The translations under genes and the position numbers were made by a program. DNA of 39,358 nt from Flavobacteriales bacterium (GTDB taxonomy: Bacteria; Bacteroidota; Bacteroidia; Flavobacteriales_D; Parvicellaceae): the NCBI GenBank assembly GCA_015488785.1, contig WFNC01000522.1, positions 1-39,358 of the forward strand, written 5' to 3'. Shown one piece after another: positions 1 to 9,238 of the stretch. How positions within the stretch are numbered: position 1 is the first letter of the stretch; each line of letters starts with the position of its first letter. The notes under the pieces were generated by a model that saw only the letters and a list, made by a program, of their open reading frames with translations, ran no database searches and was not told the origin of the DNA.

Positions 1-1067
1 GCCGCAATAGCTTCAATAGCTCCAGCCGCACCAAGTAAATGACCGGTCATTGATTTTGTAGAACTAATGTTTAAGTTGTAAGCATGTTCTCCAAAAACTT
101 CCTTTATCGCTTTTGTTTCAGCAACATCTCCCAATGGAGTAGAGGTTCCGTGTACATTTATATAGTCAATGTCTTCAATTGAAAGTTCTGCATCTTTTAT
201 AGCGTGTTGCATTGCTTTTATAGCTCCTGTTCCTTCAGGATGTGGAGCTGTAATGTGGTATGCGTCAGCTGTCATTCCGGCACCTGCAACCTCAGCATAT
301 ATCTTTGCTCCTCTCGCTTTAGCGTGCTCTAATTCTTCGAGTATTAAACAACCAGAACCTTCTCCTAATACAAATCCATCTCTGTTTTTGTCAAAAGGTC
401 TTGAAGCTGTACTTGGTGAATCGTTTCGAGTAGATAAAGCTCTAAGGGCATTGAATCCTCCAATTCCTGCTATATTTACAGCCGCTTCCGATCCTCCTGT
501 TATCATTACGTCTGCTTTTCCTAATTGAATTTGCATTGTTGCATCAATCAATGCATTGGTAGATGAAGCGCAAGCTGATACAGTTACGTAGTTTGGTCCT
601 TTAAAACCGTATTTAATTGAAATATGCCCTGAAGCAATATCTACAATCATTTTTGGGATAAAGAATGGATTGAAACGTGGTGTTCCATCTCCTCTTTCGT
701 AATTAAAACATTCTTCTTGTAAACTATTTAAGCCTCCAATTCCAGAACCCCAAATTACACCAGCTCTGTCTAAGTCTATTTTTTCGGTATCTATACCAGA
801 ATCTTTCATTGCCTCTGCTGAAGAGACCATTGCATAAATAGAGAATAAATCGAGTTTTCGAGCCTCTTTTCTATCTAAATAATCCGTTGCTTTAAAGTTT
901 TTTACTTCACAAGCAAATTTCGTTTTAAATTTTTCTGCGTCAAAATGTGTAATAGGTTCTGCTCCACTTACTCCTGCGACTAGATTGTCCCAGTATTCTG
1001 TTAAAGAATTTCCGATAGGGGTTATTGCTCCCATTCCTGTAATTACTACACGTTTCTTTGATGCCAT
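1..1067 (-). CDS. fabF: beta-ketoacyl-ACP synthase II; 3' end runs off the window start
   Basis: Reverse-strand ATG at 1065-1067 reads [22 protein letters not shown]. At the window edge the same frame reads [19 protein letters not shown], a KAS II C-terminal signature. It lies directly downstream of acpP. It is absent from the ORF track because there is no stop inside the window. Confidence 0.9.
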   Translation of the reverse strand, partial: MASKKRVVITGMGAITPIGNSLTEYWDNLVAGVSGAEPITHFDAEKFKTKFACEVKNFKATDYLDRKEARKLDLFSIYAMVSSAEAMKDSGIDTEKIDLDRAGVIWGSGIGGLNSLQEECFNYERGDGTPRFNPFFIPKMIVDIASGHISIKYGFKGPNYVTVSACASSTNALIDATMQIQLGKADVMITGGSEAAVNIAGIGGFNALRALSTRNDSPSTASRPFDKNRDGFVLGEGSGCLILEELEHAKARGAKIYAEVAGAGMTADAYHITAPHPEGTGAIKAMQHAIKDAELSIEDIDYINVHGTSTPLGDVAETKAIKEVFGEHAYNLNISSTKSMTGHLLGAAGAIEAIA

Positions 1068-1139
1068 AATTGAAAAATTTAGATTTTTGGATTTAAATTC
1101 ATTTTTTTAAGAATGAATTATTGATTAAATTATTAAAAA

Positions 1140-1187
1140 GAAAAGCTCAAAATTATAAGGGATTACCTCAGTTTTTTTGAGCTTTTC
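1140..1187 (-). terminator. hairpin between acpP and fabF, possibly a partial terminator or attenuator
   Basis: A 13-bp inverted repeat, gaaaagctcaaaa / ttttgagcttttc, with a loop of about 22 nt. On the minus strand a T-rich tract follows it. Partial termination between acpP and fabF is known in other bacteria. Confidence 0.4.
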
Positions 1188-1197
1188 TCTATAATTA

Positions 1198-1431
1198 TTA
1201 TGCGTTGTCACTAATGTAAGTAACTGCATCTCCTACTGTTTGAATTTTTTCTGCTTCCTCATCTGGAATAGCAATGTTAAATTCTTTTTCGAATTCCATT
1301 ATTAATTCTACAGTATCTAGAGAATCTGCCCCTAAATCGTTCGTGAAGTTAGCTTCTAGAGTTACTTCTCCTTCATCTACTCCTAATTTATCTACTATGA
1401 TTTCGATAACTTTTCCTTTAATATCTGCCAT
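1198..1431 (-). CDS. acpP: acyl carrier protein
   Basis: 77 aa, [18 protein letters not shown]...[16 protein letters not shown], with the DSLD phosphopantetheine-attachment serine motif. The ORF-track start at 1473 adds 14 unlikely residues, so the ATG at 1431 is preferred. Confidence 0.95.
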   Translation of the reverse strand: MADIKGKVIEIIVDKLGVDEGEVTLEANFTNDLGADSLDTVELIMEFEKEFNIAIPDEEAEKIQTVGDAVTYISDNA

Positions 1432-1601
1432 TTTATTTATTTTAATGATTATTACAGACTGCAAATAAAACATATTTCAAGCATTAAGCAAAATACTTTG
1501 CACTAAAGTTACATTTGAATGCTTAAAAAAGGCTATTTTGGTTTATTCTATGCTTATTGTACCTTTTTTTATGTTTGTTTATTTTCGTTTTTTTTAATTT
1601 A

Positions 1602-3842
1602 TTATTGAATAATTAACTTTAAGACATGTGAAAAATATTTGTTTGTAATATTAACGTTATATATTCCTGGAATTAATTTTGATACATCAATCGTTTTAGA
1701 GTTATTAAGCATTATTTCTTTTATTTCGGTTTGACCAAATGAGTTTGAGATGTAAACTGTTGCAGTCTTAAAATTTTGATCATTAATTGTTATAGTATAG
1801 ATTTCTTTTGTTGGATTTGGATATGCACTAATCTTAAAATTATTGTCACACTCTATTCTTATATTTTTAGAAATATCGTAGTTTCCATTAAAATCGGTTT
1901 GTTTTAGATGGTATATTCCTTCTGCTAAATTATGAACTTCTTTTGTGTAAGAAATGTATTCAACGCTTGTACCTGCTCCTTCTATCACTTCAATTGCATT
2001 CCATTTTCCATTGTTTTCATTTAGTTTTTCAATGGTGAAATAGTCGTTGTCTATTTCTGAAGCTGTTGTCCAATAAAATTTTATAGAATTGTTTAAGCAA
2101 GTACCCTCAAAATTAACGAGTTCTATCGGGAGAGGACACGAAGGGTCAACAAATAAAGCATCGCTTAATACACATCCGTTTCCATCATTTAGCGTGATTG
2201 TATATTCCGTTCTTGCTGGAGGAGTTGCTTGAGGATTTAGAATCGTTGTATTTGATAGTCCAGAAGCTGGAGACCACAAGACTGTTGACGTATTGTTTTG
2301 TGAGATTAATATTCCTTCATTAGTTGCCGACCAACTTGCGCTATTTCTTCCCGGTACGGTAAAAGCAATTGTCCCTCCTGAATTTTCTATTCCCATTGTG
2401 TGATTCCCACCATCTGTGGGCATAGTTGTTGTTTGTATTTGGATATCGTTATTCGCTTCGTAGAGTAATGTTTGGACGGTAATGTTATTTCCGTTTGAAA
2501 AATGATCGACATTAAAAAACTCAATAACTAATATTCTATTTGGTGCGCTTCCAATTGTTTCGTATCGTACTACGTTTTCTGCTGGTTGACCTCCATTTCC
2601 AGGATCTATATCTTCCCATGCAAATGCAATAACATTGTTTGGAGCTGTTGTATTGGGGAAACTTTGACCTGAGCAACATCCATTTGGTTGTCCGCTACTA
2701 AAGGTAATAAAGCCATTTGAAGAAATGTAAAATTGTGTATAGTCAGTGCAGAAAAAATTAAAACTAAAACCGATTGGAAGAGCTCCTGAAACGACATCGT
2801 CACTGAGAGATACCGTTGTTGCAGCTCCAGATAAACTTTGTGTTGCAAAAGGTATGGACGTTATGTTGTAATTATCGCAACTAGTAGGAAAAGTAGAAAC
2901 CGGCGTAAGTGTTATTGTCCCTCCTCCTGTACATTGGTCTGTGCCTGCGTTAATGGTTAATACGTCTATGTCTATTGATGATGTTTCTGATCCGCAACTA
3001 CTATTAGCGACAACATAATAAGTGGTAGCTGTTGTTGGATTAACGACTATTGAAGTACCTGCTCCTATACTGGTGCCAAGAGGGGATTGCCAATCGTAAG
3101 TGATAGCTGAACATGAGTTAGGCGTAAATCGTTTTCCTTCATTAGAAGCTGACCAACTCGCGCTATTTCTCCCTGCAACGGTAAATGCTGTTGTTCCCCC
3201 TGCATTCTCTATTCCCATAGTATGATTCCCGCCATCTGTAGGCATTGTTGTTGTATGGATTTCGATTATGTTTGTACTTTCATAAAGTAGTGTCTGAACT
3301 GTAATTCTATTTCCACTAGGGAAATGATCAACGTTAAAAAAGTCTACGATTAGTATTCTGTTTGGAGCTATTCCTGTTGTCTCATAGCGTACTAAGTTTT
3401 GGGTAGGCTGACCTCCGTTCCCGGGATCTATATCCTCCCAAGCAAAAGCGATTAAGTTATTGGGAGCTGATGTGTTTGGGAGTGATTGTCCTGAACAACA
3501 ACCACTTGCAGTACTGCTTGAAAATGTGATAAATCCATTTGATGATATTTTAAACTGAGAATAAGTTGTGCAGAAAAAGTTAAAGTCAAATCCGATAGGT
3601 AGAACTGCTGAAACAGCATCATCACCAAGAGAAACAGTACTCGACGCTCCTGTTAAACTTAGCGGAGCGAAGGCAACGTTTGATATCGTGTAATTGGCGC
3701 AATCTGTTGGTGGAGTGGCTATAGATAGAGTAACCGAAGATCCGTCACATGAAGATTCAGGCGTAGCACTAACTTTAACTTGTGTATAGTTAGTTTTAGC
3801 TAAGAGCATAATTACTGTTAGTAAATAGAAGGAAATTCGCAT
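1602..3842 (-). CDS. secreted T9SS (type A C-terminal domain) protein with two tandem ~189-aa NIDO-like modules
   Basis: N-terminal signal peptide (MRISFYLLTVIMLLAKT). Duplicated module containing LPIGF.FNFFCT.Y.QF.ISSNGFITF, GCCSGQS, AFAWEDIDPGNGGQP and TTTMPTDGGNHTMGIEN. C-terminus YPNPTKEIYTITIN...GIYNVNITN...LKLIIQ fits a Por-secretion-tail (type A sorting) pattern. Only 24 nt separate it from the upstream gene, so co-transcription is likely. Confidence 0.8.
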   Translation of the reverse strand: MRISFYLLTVIMLLAKTNYTQVKVSATPESSCDGSSVTLSIATPPTDCANYTISNVAFAPLSLTGASSTVSLGDDAVSAVLPIGFDFNFFCTTYSQFKISSNGFITFSSSTASGCCSGQSLPNTSAPNNLIAFAWEDIDPGNGGQPTQNLVRYETTGIAPNRILIVDFFNVDHFPSGNRITVQTLLYESTNIIEIHTTTMPTDGGNHTMGIENAGGTTAFTVAGRNSASWSASNEGKRFTPNSCSAITYDWQSPLGTSIGAGTSIVVNPTTATTYYVVANSSCGSETSSIDIDVLTINAGTDQCTGGGTITLTPVSTFPTSCDNYNITSIPFATQSLSGAATTVSLSDDVVSGALPIGFSFNFFCTDYTQFYISSNGFITFSSGQPNGCCSGQSFPNTTAPNNVIAFAWEDIDPGNGGQPAENVVRYETIGSAPNRILVIEFFNVDHFSNGNNITVQTLLYEANNDIQIQTTTMPTDGGNHTMGIENSGGTIAFTVPGRNSASWSATNEGILISQNNTSTVLWSPASGLSNTTILNPQATPPARTEYTITLNDGNGCVLSDALFVDPSCPLPIELVNFEGTCLNNSIKFYWTTASEIDNDYFTIEKLNENNGKWNAIEVIEGAGTSVEYISYTKEVHNLAEGIYHLKQTDFNGNYDISKNIRIECDNNFKISAYPNPTKEIYTITINDQNFKTATVYISNSFGQTEIKEIMLNNSKTIDVSKLIPGIYNVNITNKYFSHVLKLIIQ
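2313..2879 (-). repeat. intragenic tandem duplication, copy 2 (aa 322-510 of the 746-aa protein)
   Basis: CDNYNITSIPFA...SASWSATNEG aligns without gaps to copy 1, offset by 274 aa. Similarity is also visible at nucleotide level (compare 2340-2440 with 3160-3260). Confidence 0.85.
3135..3701 (-). repeat. intragenic tandem duplication, copy 1 (aa 48-236)
   Basis: CANYTISNVAFA...SASWSASNEG. By eye, roughly three quarters of residues are identical to copy 2. Confidence 0.85.
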
Positions 3843-3866
3843 ATTTTATTTTTTTTTGTAATCATT

Positions 3867-6800
3867 TTATTCTTTATATATCTTTTTAGAAAGTGTACTT
3901 TCTTTTGTCTTAATTCTCAATGTGTAAATTCCTTTTGGTAAATTATTGATACTTTGAAAGGGTTTAATTTTATTGTTTCCTACGTTGATTTGATTCTTAC
4001 TTTGTTTTATTAAAGCTCCCAAAGAATTGTAAAGTGCTATCGTTGCGTTATTTTTTATTAGAGAATTGAAATCAAGCGTTAAATCATTCTTGATTGGGTT
4101 AGGGTAAATGATAAGGTTGGAAATGTATTTATTTTCTTCAATACTGACAGGAGGTAAAACTTCTATCTCGACAGTAGATGTGTCACTGTCACAAGTTCCA
4201 TTACTGGCAATAAGCGTTGTGGTGTAAGTTCCTGTTGATGTGTATGTAGCCCAAGGGTTTAAATCTGTAGAGTTTGTTCCGTTTTGAAAATCCCAAGAGT
4301 AGGTGTTGGCATTTGTAGAGTTATTTGTAAAATAGACTGTTGCATTCGGTAAATAGATTGGGTTGCTTAATGGGGAGAAAGAAGCGGTTGGTGCTGGAGC
4401 AACAATCACGTTTATCGTTTGAGTTATATTTGCTGTACCTCCTGAACCTATTGCAACTAAAGAGACCGAGTATGATCCAGTTCCAGGAAAAACGACACTA
4501 GGGTTTTCCAATGAACTACTAGCAGGATTTCCACCTCCAAAAGACCATGAATACGTTGTTGTATTAGCTGAAGTATTTGTAAAGTGAATTGTATCTCCAG
4601 CACAAATAGAGGTTGTCGAATATGAAAAATTTGCTGTTGGAGTTGTCGTATTTCCTTGTAGAGTTTGTCCGTCTGATGCTAAAATAGCTGTTTCTAGCAA
4701 TGCATTATTTTTAGCTTTTACAGAAATGTAATAAGTCGTTCCTGAAATTAAAGATAGCCCTGTGTGAGTTAATGAAGTGTTCGTTCCATTATTTGTCCAT
4801 GGAACAACATCAGTTGCTCCAGAAGAAGTACCTATTGCGTAGTTATATTCTAATAATCCCGATTCTGTGTCAGTAGAAGTTGTCCAGTTTGCTTGTATTT
4901 GGCTTGGCGTACTAAAAGAATTAATATCAGCATTTGGACCATCATTTATTGTAAAAGAAGAAGGAACCGTCCAATCTATGTTTTCTAATTGAACAGCTGT
5001 TGTTGACCAATTATTACTCCCATCTATAACGATTGATTCTATTTTAGCAGAAGGTGTACTAGGGTTTGCATTTTGATATCTTATTTCATCGGTATTAGAA
5101 CCTATGGATATTGAAATATTAGCACCTCTACTTTTATATATTTTAACATCGTCAAAATAAGCTGTAGCTTCCCCTGTTCTAAAAGAAATTGCATTACCTG
5201 TTTGTAAAGGAGAGCTATCTGTATGCGTCAAGACTAAGTTGTTGTCTAAAAAAGTTTTAATTTCTCCTGTTGTAGGATTATATAAAACTTTAAAATTATA
5301 CCAATTACTAGCATTAAAAGATGCATTGGTTTCTGTAATGAAATTAAGTGTATTTCCAGTTGCTTTATGCAATCTACATTTTCCTTGATCAGGATACCAA
5401 TAGACTAAGTAGGAATTATTACGATTAGTTTGCGTAGCATCATCAGAAAAGAAATGAATTCCAAATCTTCTGTTTGTTCCAGTTCCTTCTATTTTCCCTT
5501 TCCATTCATATAAAAAACTAGATTGGTTGTTTTGAGAAACAGGAATACTGATATTAGTATTCGTAGATGATTCGTCAGTTTGTTTCAGTTCATTCGATAC
5601 TAAATTCCAAGTACCAACATGAGAAGACCAATCTGAGTGTAAGGTGTTTAAATCAAATTTATCGTATAAAAAACTATGCGCTTCATTTGCTCTCCATTCT
5701 GAACCGTTGTTATCACTAACTAGGTAGAAACTATCAGTAACAGCTACGTTATCTTGATCGTTAAAAGTTGTAGAGAAATTATTTGTTCGCCAAGCATTAT
5801 TACTATTAATAACTGTTGTAGGTATGCTACTTCCATTAGCACAAGTGTAAGTAGCGTTAAATCCTGCCCTTTGATCAGCACCATCAGAAGTGAATTTAAA
5901 AGTTAAAGCTCCCAAAGAAGATGTAAATGTTGGAGGTATAGCAGAACCAGAAAAAGGACTTCCAGCTATTTGAGGTGAACTCGTTGTTGGACCATCATAA
6001 ATATAGAGTTTGTCAAAGTTGTTTTCTGTATCAAAAGATGAGAATGTTAAGGTTAAACTACCTGCATTTGGAGGAGCGATAGTCCAAGTGTAGTTTTCAT
6101 TCGCATAGTAGTTTTTAGTTGGGCCTCCAAAATCATGAATTGAACCAGGACAAGGTTGTGTTGCGCAGTCAGTTAAATAATCTTCAACGGCAGTCCAATA
6201 CGTATTATATCCATCATCTTGACCTAATGCCCATATTCCTAGTCCTGCAATTCCAGTGTTATTAATAAATTCTAACCTTTTTCTAAACCCAACATCGTTA
6301 CTAATAAACATTTGTTTGTTGTTTGTTCCGTTATTAAAAGTATAAGCTTCTGTATAACTGTCCGCATCAAATTGGAGGTTGGCGTTAGAATAATAACCAT
6401 TTGAATTTGCCTTGAAATTTTTAAACAATACTGCAGTTCCTGTTCCAATTGTACTTGAAGGAATCGAAGTCGATTGAGTTTTCCATTCTCTTCCGTAAAA
6501 AGGTAAACCTAGCACCAATTTGTTTTTTGGACATCCTTTATTTAAATAATAAGACACAGATCTCGATAGATTATAGTCGTACGTGTTTCCAAAATGAAAT
6601 AATGGATCAGTTGGTCCAGCTGTGCCACTTCCTCCGTAGTAATAATCATATCCCATAATAATGTAGTGATCAACGGCAGCGTTCATTATTGTAAAATCAA
6701 AAGCATCTCCCCAATCTACAGCATATAAAACAGTACTTACATGAGAATTTGGTATTGCTGTGTGCATTTGATTTGCCAAGTCAACCATAAAGTTAGCAAA

Positions 6801-7337
6801 GTTGGTTTTTTGAGATCCAGGCATACTTTCAAAATCAATATTAACGCCGTGAGCACCTCTATTTTGAACGAGGGATATCAAGTTGGTAATTAGCGTTTGT
6901 TTAGCAGTTGAGCTGTTTAAAAAAGTTGTGTTTGCGTTACTTCCAAACATTGTAGCGCACAAGGTTACTTTTGTGTTTCCACTTGCTATAGCTGCTGTGA
7001 CAGCTGCCGAAGACGCGAAACCATGAGTCGTGTTTGCATTTCCAGAAGCAGGATCTACTTCGTAAGAAAAATAAGAGAAATGACTAATCAAATCCCAATC
7101 GTAATTTTGGTAAGTATTACCACTCCAGTAAGGATGCCATCCATAGACAATTTTATTTAAATTACAACTAGATTTTTCTCTCAAAGGCGCTTCTGCAGCA
7201 ATAGTATTTGCTTCGTACCAAGAATTATCTTTTCCTAATGAATTATAATAATTAGATTGTTCTTCATGGATACTTTGTCCAAAAAAAGGAATATAAAGTG
7301 AAAAACAGAATGAAAGAGAGAGTAATAATTTAGACAT
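3867..7337 (-). CDS. multidomain secreted protein: GH18 (YaaH/chitinase-like), CUB-like, concanavalin/LamG-like, FN3-like, two PKD domains, T9SS type A C-terminal domain
   Basis: Signal peptide MSKLLLSLSFCFSLYIPFFGQ. GH18 features include GWHPYW and the catalytic-region motif HGVNIDFE (E170 codon at 6828-6830). CUB-like stretch aa ~396-499 (NYTWTI...LTLTFSSFDTENNFDKLYIYDGP...LTFKFTSDGADQRAGFNATYTC). Jelly-roll lectin-like stretch aa ~568-735. FN3-like aa ~789-893. Two PKD repeats aa ~900-978 and 983-1060 (FTNTSANTTTYSWSFGGG and FTNNSTNANTYSWDFQNG). C-terminus IYPNPIKNDLTLDF...GIYTLRIKT. Confidence 0.85.
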   Translation of the reverse strand: MSKLLLSLSFCFSLYIPFFGQSIHEEQSNYYNSLGKDNSWYEANTIAAEAPLREKSSCNLNKIVYGWHPYWSGNTYQNYDWDLISHFSYFSYEVDPASGNANTTHGFASSAAVTAAIASGNTKVTLCATMFGSNANTTFLNSSTAKQTLITNLISLVQNRGAHGVNIDFESMPGSQKTNFANFMVDLANQMHTAIPNSHVSTVLYAVDWGDAFDFTIMNAAVDHYIIMGYDYYYGGSGTAGPTDPLFHFGNTYDYNLSRSVSYYLNKGCPKNKLVLGLPFYGREWKTQSTSIPSSTIGTGTAVLFKNFKANSNGYYSNANLQFDADSYTEAYTFNNGTNNKQMFISNDVGFRKRLEFINNTGIAGLGIWALGQDDGYNTYWTAVEDYLTDCATQPCPGSIHDFGGPTKNYYANENYTWTIAPPNAGSLTLTFSSFDTENNFDKLYIYDGPTTSSPQIAGSPFSGSAIPPTFTSSLGALTFKFTSDGADQRAGFNATYTCANGSSIPTTVINSNNAWRTNNFSTTFNDQDNVAVTDSFYLVSDNNGSEWRANEAHSFLYDKFDLNTLHSDWSSHVGTWNLVSNELKQTDESSTNTNISIPVSQNNQSSFLYEWKGKIEGTGTNRRFGIHFFSDDATQTNRNNSYLVYWYPDQGKCRLHKATGNTLNFITETNASFNASNWYNFKVLYNPTTGEIKTFLDNNLVLTHTDSSPLQTGNAISFRTGEATAYFDDVKIYKSRGANISISIGSNTDEIRYQNANPSTPSAKIESIVIDGSNNWSTTAVQLENIDWTVPSSFTINDGPNADINSFSTPSQIQANWTTSTDTESGLLEYNYAIGTSSGATDVVPWTNNGTNTSLTHTGLSLISGTTYYISVKAKNNALLETAILASDGQTLQGNTTTPTANFSYSTTSICAGDTIHFTNTSANTTTYSWSFGGGNPASSSLENPSVVFPGTGSYSVSLVAIGSGGTANITQTINVIVAPAPTASFSPLSNPIYLPNATVYFTNNSTNANTYSWDFQNGTNSTDLNPWATYTSTGTYTTTLIASNGTCDSDTSTVEIEVLPPVSIEENKYISNLIIYPNPIKNDLTLDFNSLIKNNATIALYNSLGALIKQSKNQINVGNNKIKPFQSINNLPKGIYTLRIKTKESTLSKKIYKE

Positions 7338-7648
7338 TGTTTCGATAGTTTAACTAGCTAATTTACATTTTTTTTTATAAAAAGGTTAATTTTTAGCTAA
7401 AATAATAATAGTAAGGAAGTGGTCTTCTCTATTTTTTGGAAAGGCTGGTTGTCCGCTATGTTTTTTTTAAAAATAGAAAAGTGAGTCCATTTTAAACTGA
7501 TAGAAACGATATCACGAATACAAATTTAGAGTTTAGTAATAAATGAGTAATCCTTAACGCAAAAATATAATTCTATTCAAATTAGGAGGACTCACTTAAT
7601 TTTGGCCATAAATTTAATTAAGAACTGCAATTCTTAAATTAGTTTCAT

Positions 7649-7657
7649 TACATTTGA
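7649..7657 (+). promoter_or_regulatory. candidate Bacteroidota sigma-A -7 box (TAcaTTTG) for the 7667 operon
   Basis: tacatttg matches TAnnTTTG and lies about 9 nt before the ATG, implying a very short leader. The coordinate is uncertain by 1 nt. Confidence 0.45.
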
Positions 7658-7666
7658 TTTAATATT

Positions 7667-9238
7667 ATGAAGATTCAAAATAAAATATATTTAATTTTTA
7701 TTATCGTCTTGACGTTTTCAAACTGTAATAAAGAAAAAAAACCATTAAGTTGGAATGTAGATGTTATCGCTCCTGTTGTTTATGGAGATTTAACAATTAA
7801 AGATTTATTAAAGGATTCTATTTTATCTGTTAATAGCGATAACTCTATTCAGTTAAAGTTTTCGTCTAATGTTTATCGCTTAAATTTTGATTCGATTGTC
7901 AAAATACCAGATACAACGTTCAAAACTAATTATACAATTCCGTTTAGTGCGGGTATAACTTTTAGTCCAGGGCAAACATTTATATCTCAACCAGAAGACA
8001 ATGTTTTGGGAGTAGATGGAGCAGAGTTGGTAGAATTTAAAATTGGAGGAGGATCAGTCAATTATTCTTTAAGAAGTAATATTCCAGCAGAAATTATATA
8101 CGAATATAAAATAGCGAATGCATTTAACGAAGCGGGGCAAAATTTTAGTAAAACAGTTGTCGTTCCAGCAGCTAATAGTTCTAATTCATCAGTTTCAGGT
8201 TCTTTTTCTTTGGCAGGTTATTCGATTCCATTAACAGGAGTTAATCAAAATTGGTACAACACATTAAGTACTTCTATTGATGTTACTTTATCTGCTTCAT
8301 ATCCAAATGACTTATTACTTTCTAACCAAGATTCTATTTTTATTGAAAACACACTGTCAAATATTCAACTAGAATACGCTAAAGGATATTTTGGTCACCA
8401 AGTTTTACCAACTGTTTCTGAAACAAGTAAAATTGCACAAATGAATAGTATTATAGGAGGGGGAATTGATTTAGAACAAGTTTCAGTTGATTTTAAAGTT
8501 ATAAATGGAATAGGAGTAGATGCAGCATTTGAAATACAAAACCTTACTTCGATTAGTTCTTCAAATACAATTCCACTAATTCATCCAATCATAGGAAGCG
8601 AAAATCATATCAATAGAGCATACGTAGTTGGAGAAACTGTTTTTCCTACAACGTTTTCAAGTCAGTTTACTTCTACCAATTCTAATATAGAAAATTGGAT
8701 CGAAAATTTACCCGATTCTGTATTGTATGGTATCAATTTAGAATTAAACCCACTCGGAGACGTTTCGGGACACAATGATTTTGTTTATGCAAATTCTCCT
8801 TTTGAGGTTAATATGGATGTCGATATGCCACTTTCATTTTTAGCTAATGATTTAAAAATAACTGATACGATTACACTTGGGGCAGAAAAATTAAAACAAT
8901 TAATAAAAGGAAAGTTAAACATCGAAATAGATAATGGATTCCCTTTAGAGGCTACATTGTCGGTTCGGAATAGTTCGAATAACAAAGAACTTTTCTCTTC
9001 AACTGTAATTACTTCTGCTGATATTGATAATAATGGATTAGTAACAACTTCTCAAATTTCTAATCATCAAATTTCTTTATTGGAGGAAGATGTGGAACTT
9101 TTACAAGAGAATAATCAATTGATTATCTTAATTACATTTAATTCTCCACCTTCATCAAACTTAATAGCGGTTTACGACAATTATCATCTAAAGTTTAAAG
9201 TTTTAACTGATTTTACGTATCAAAATAGTATCAAATAA
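7667..9238 (+). CDS. predicted lipoprotein of unknown function (523 aa)
   Basis: Signal peptide ending in the lipobox-like LTFSNC followed by NKEKK. Rich in S/N/T. A beta-sandwich-like motif recurs three times (SNIPAEIIYEYKI, INGIGVDAAFEIQN, DNGFPLEATLSVRN). First gene of a coupled operon. Confidence 0.7.
   Translation: MKIQNKIYLIFIIVLTFSNCNKEKKPLSWNVDVIAPVVYGDLTIKDLLKDSILSVNSDNSIQLKFSSNVYRLNFDSIVKIPDTTFKTNYTIPFSAGITFSPGQTFISQPEDNVLGVDGAELVEFKIGGGSVNYSLRSNIPAEIIYEYKIANAFNEAGQNFSKTVVVPAANSSNSSVSGSFSLAGYSIPLTGVNQNWYNTLSTSIDVTLSASYPNDLLLSNQDSIFIENTLSNIQLEYAKGYFGHQVLPTVSETSKIAQMNSIIGGGIDLEQVSVDFKVINGIGVDAAFEIQNLTSISSSNTIPLIHPIIGSENHINRAYVVGETVFPTTFSSQFTSTNSNIENWIENLPDSVLYGINLELNPLGDVSGHNDFVYANSPFEVNMDVDMPLSFLANDLKITDTITLGAEKLKQLIKGKLNIEIDNGFPLEATLSVRNSSNNKELFSSTVITSADIDNNGLVTTSQISNHQISLLEEDVELLQENNQLIILITFNSPPSSNLIAVYDNYHLKFKVLTDFTYQNSIK

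Noticed and set aside
169-528. 119-aa plus-strand ORF in the track
   Set aside because: It lies antisense inside fabF, whose reverse-strand frame gives an unmistakable KAS II sequence. Its own sequence is low-complexity with no motif.
7338-7480. Long T/A homopolymer tracts upstream of the GH18 gene, and at 3843-3866, as phase-variation switches
   Set aside because: Such tracts are common throughout this AT-rich window, including in housekeeping spacers. Without population or strain length variation there is no basis for the claim.
7611-7641. Apparent palindromic operator (aatttaattaaagaactgcaattcttaaatt) upstream of the 7667 promoter box
   Set aside because: On careful reading only a 5-bp aagaa/ttctt core pairs consistently. 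The rest is overlapping AT-rich pseudo-symmetry.
7731-7746. Possible frameshift in the poly-A run near the start of the 7667 gene: my hand count of the A-run and of the ATG position (7668 against the track's 7667) disagreed by one base
   Set aside because: The ORF track is computed from the sequence and shows one continuous 523-aa frame whose downstream codon phase I verified at about 8942 and 9236. The discrepancy is almost certainly my miscount of a homopolymer. It is not evidence of a frameshift or slippage site.
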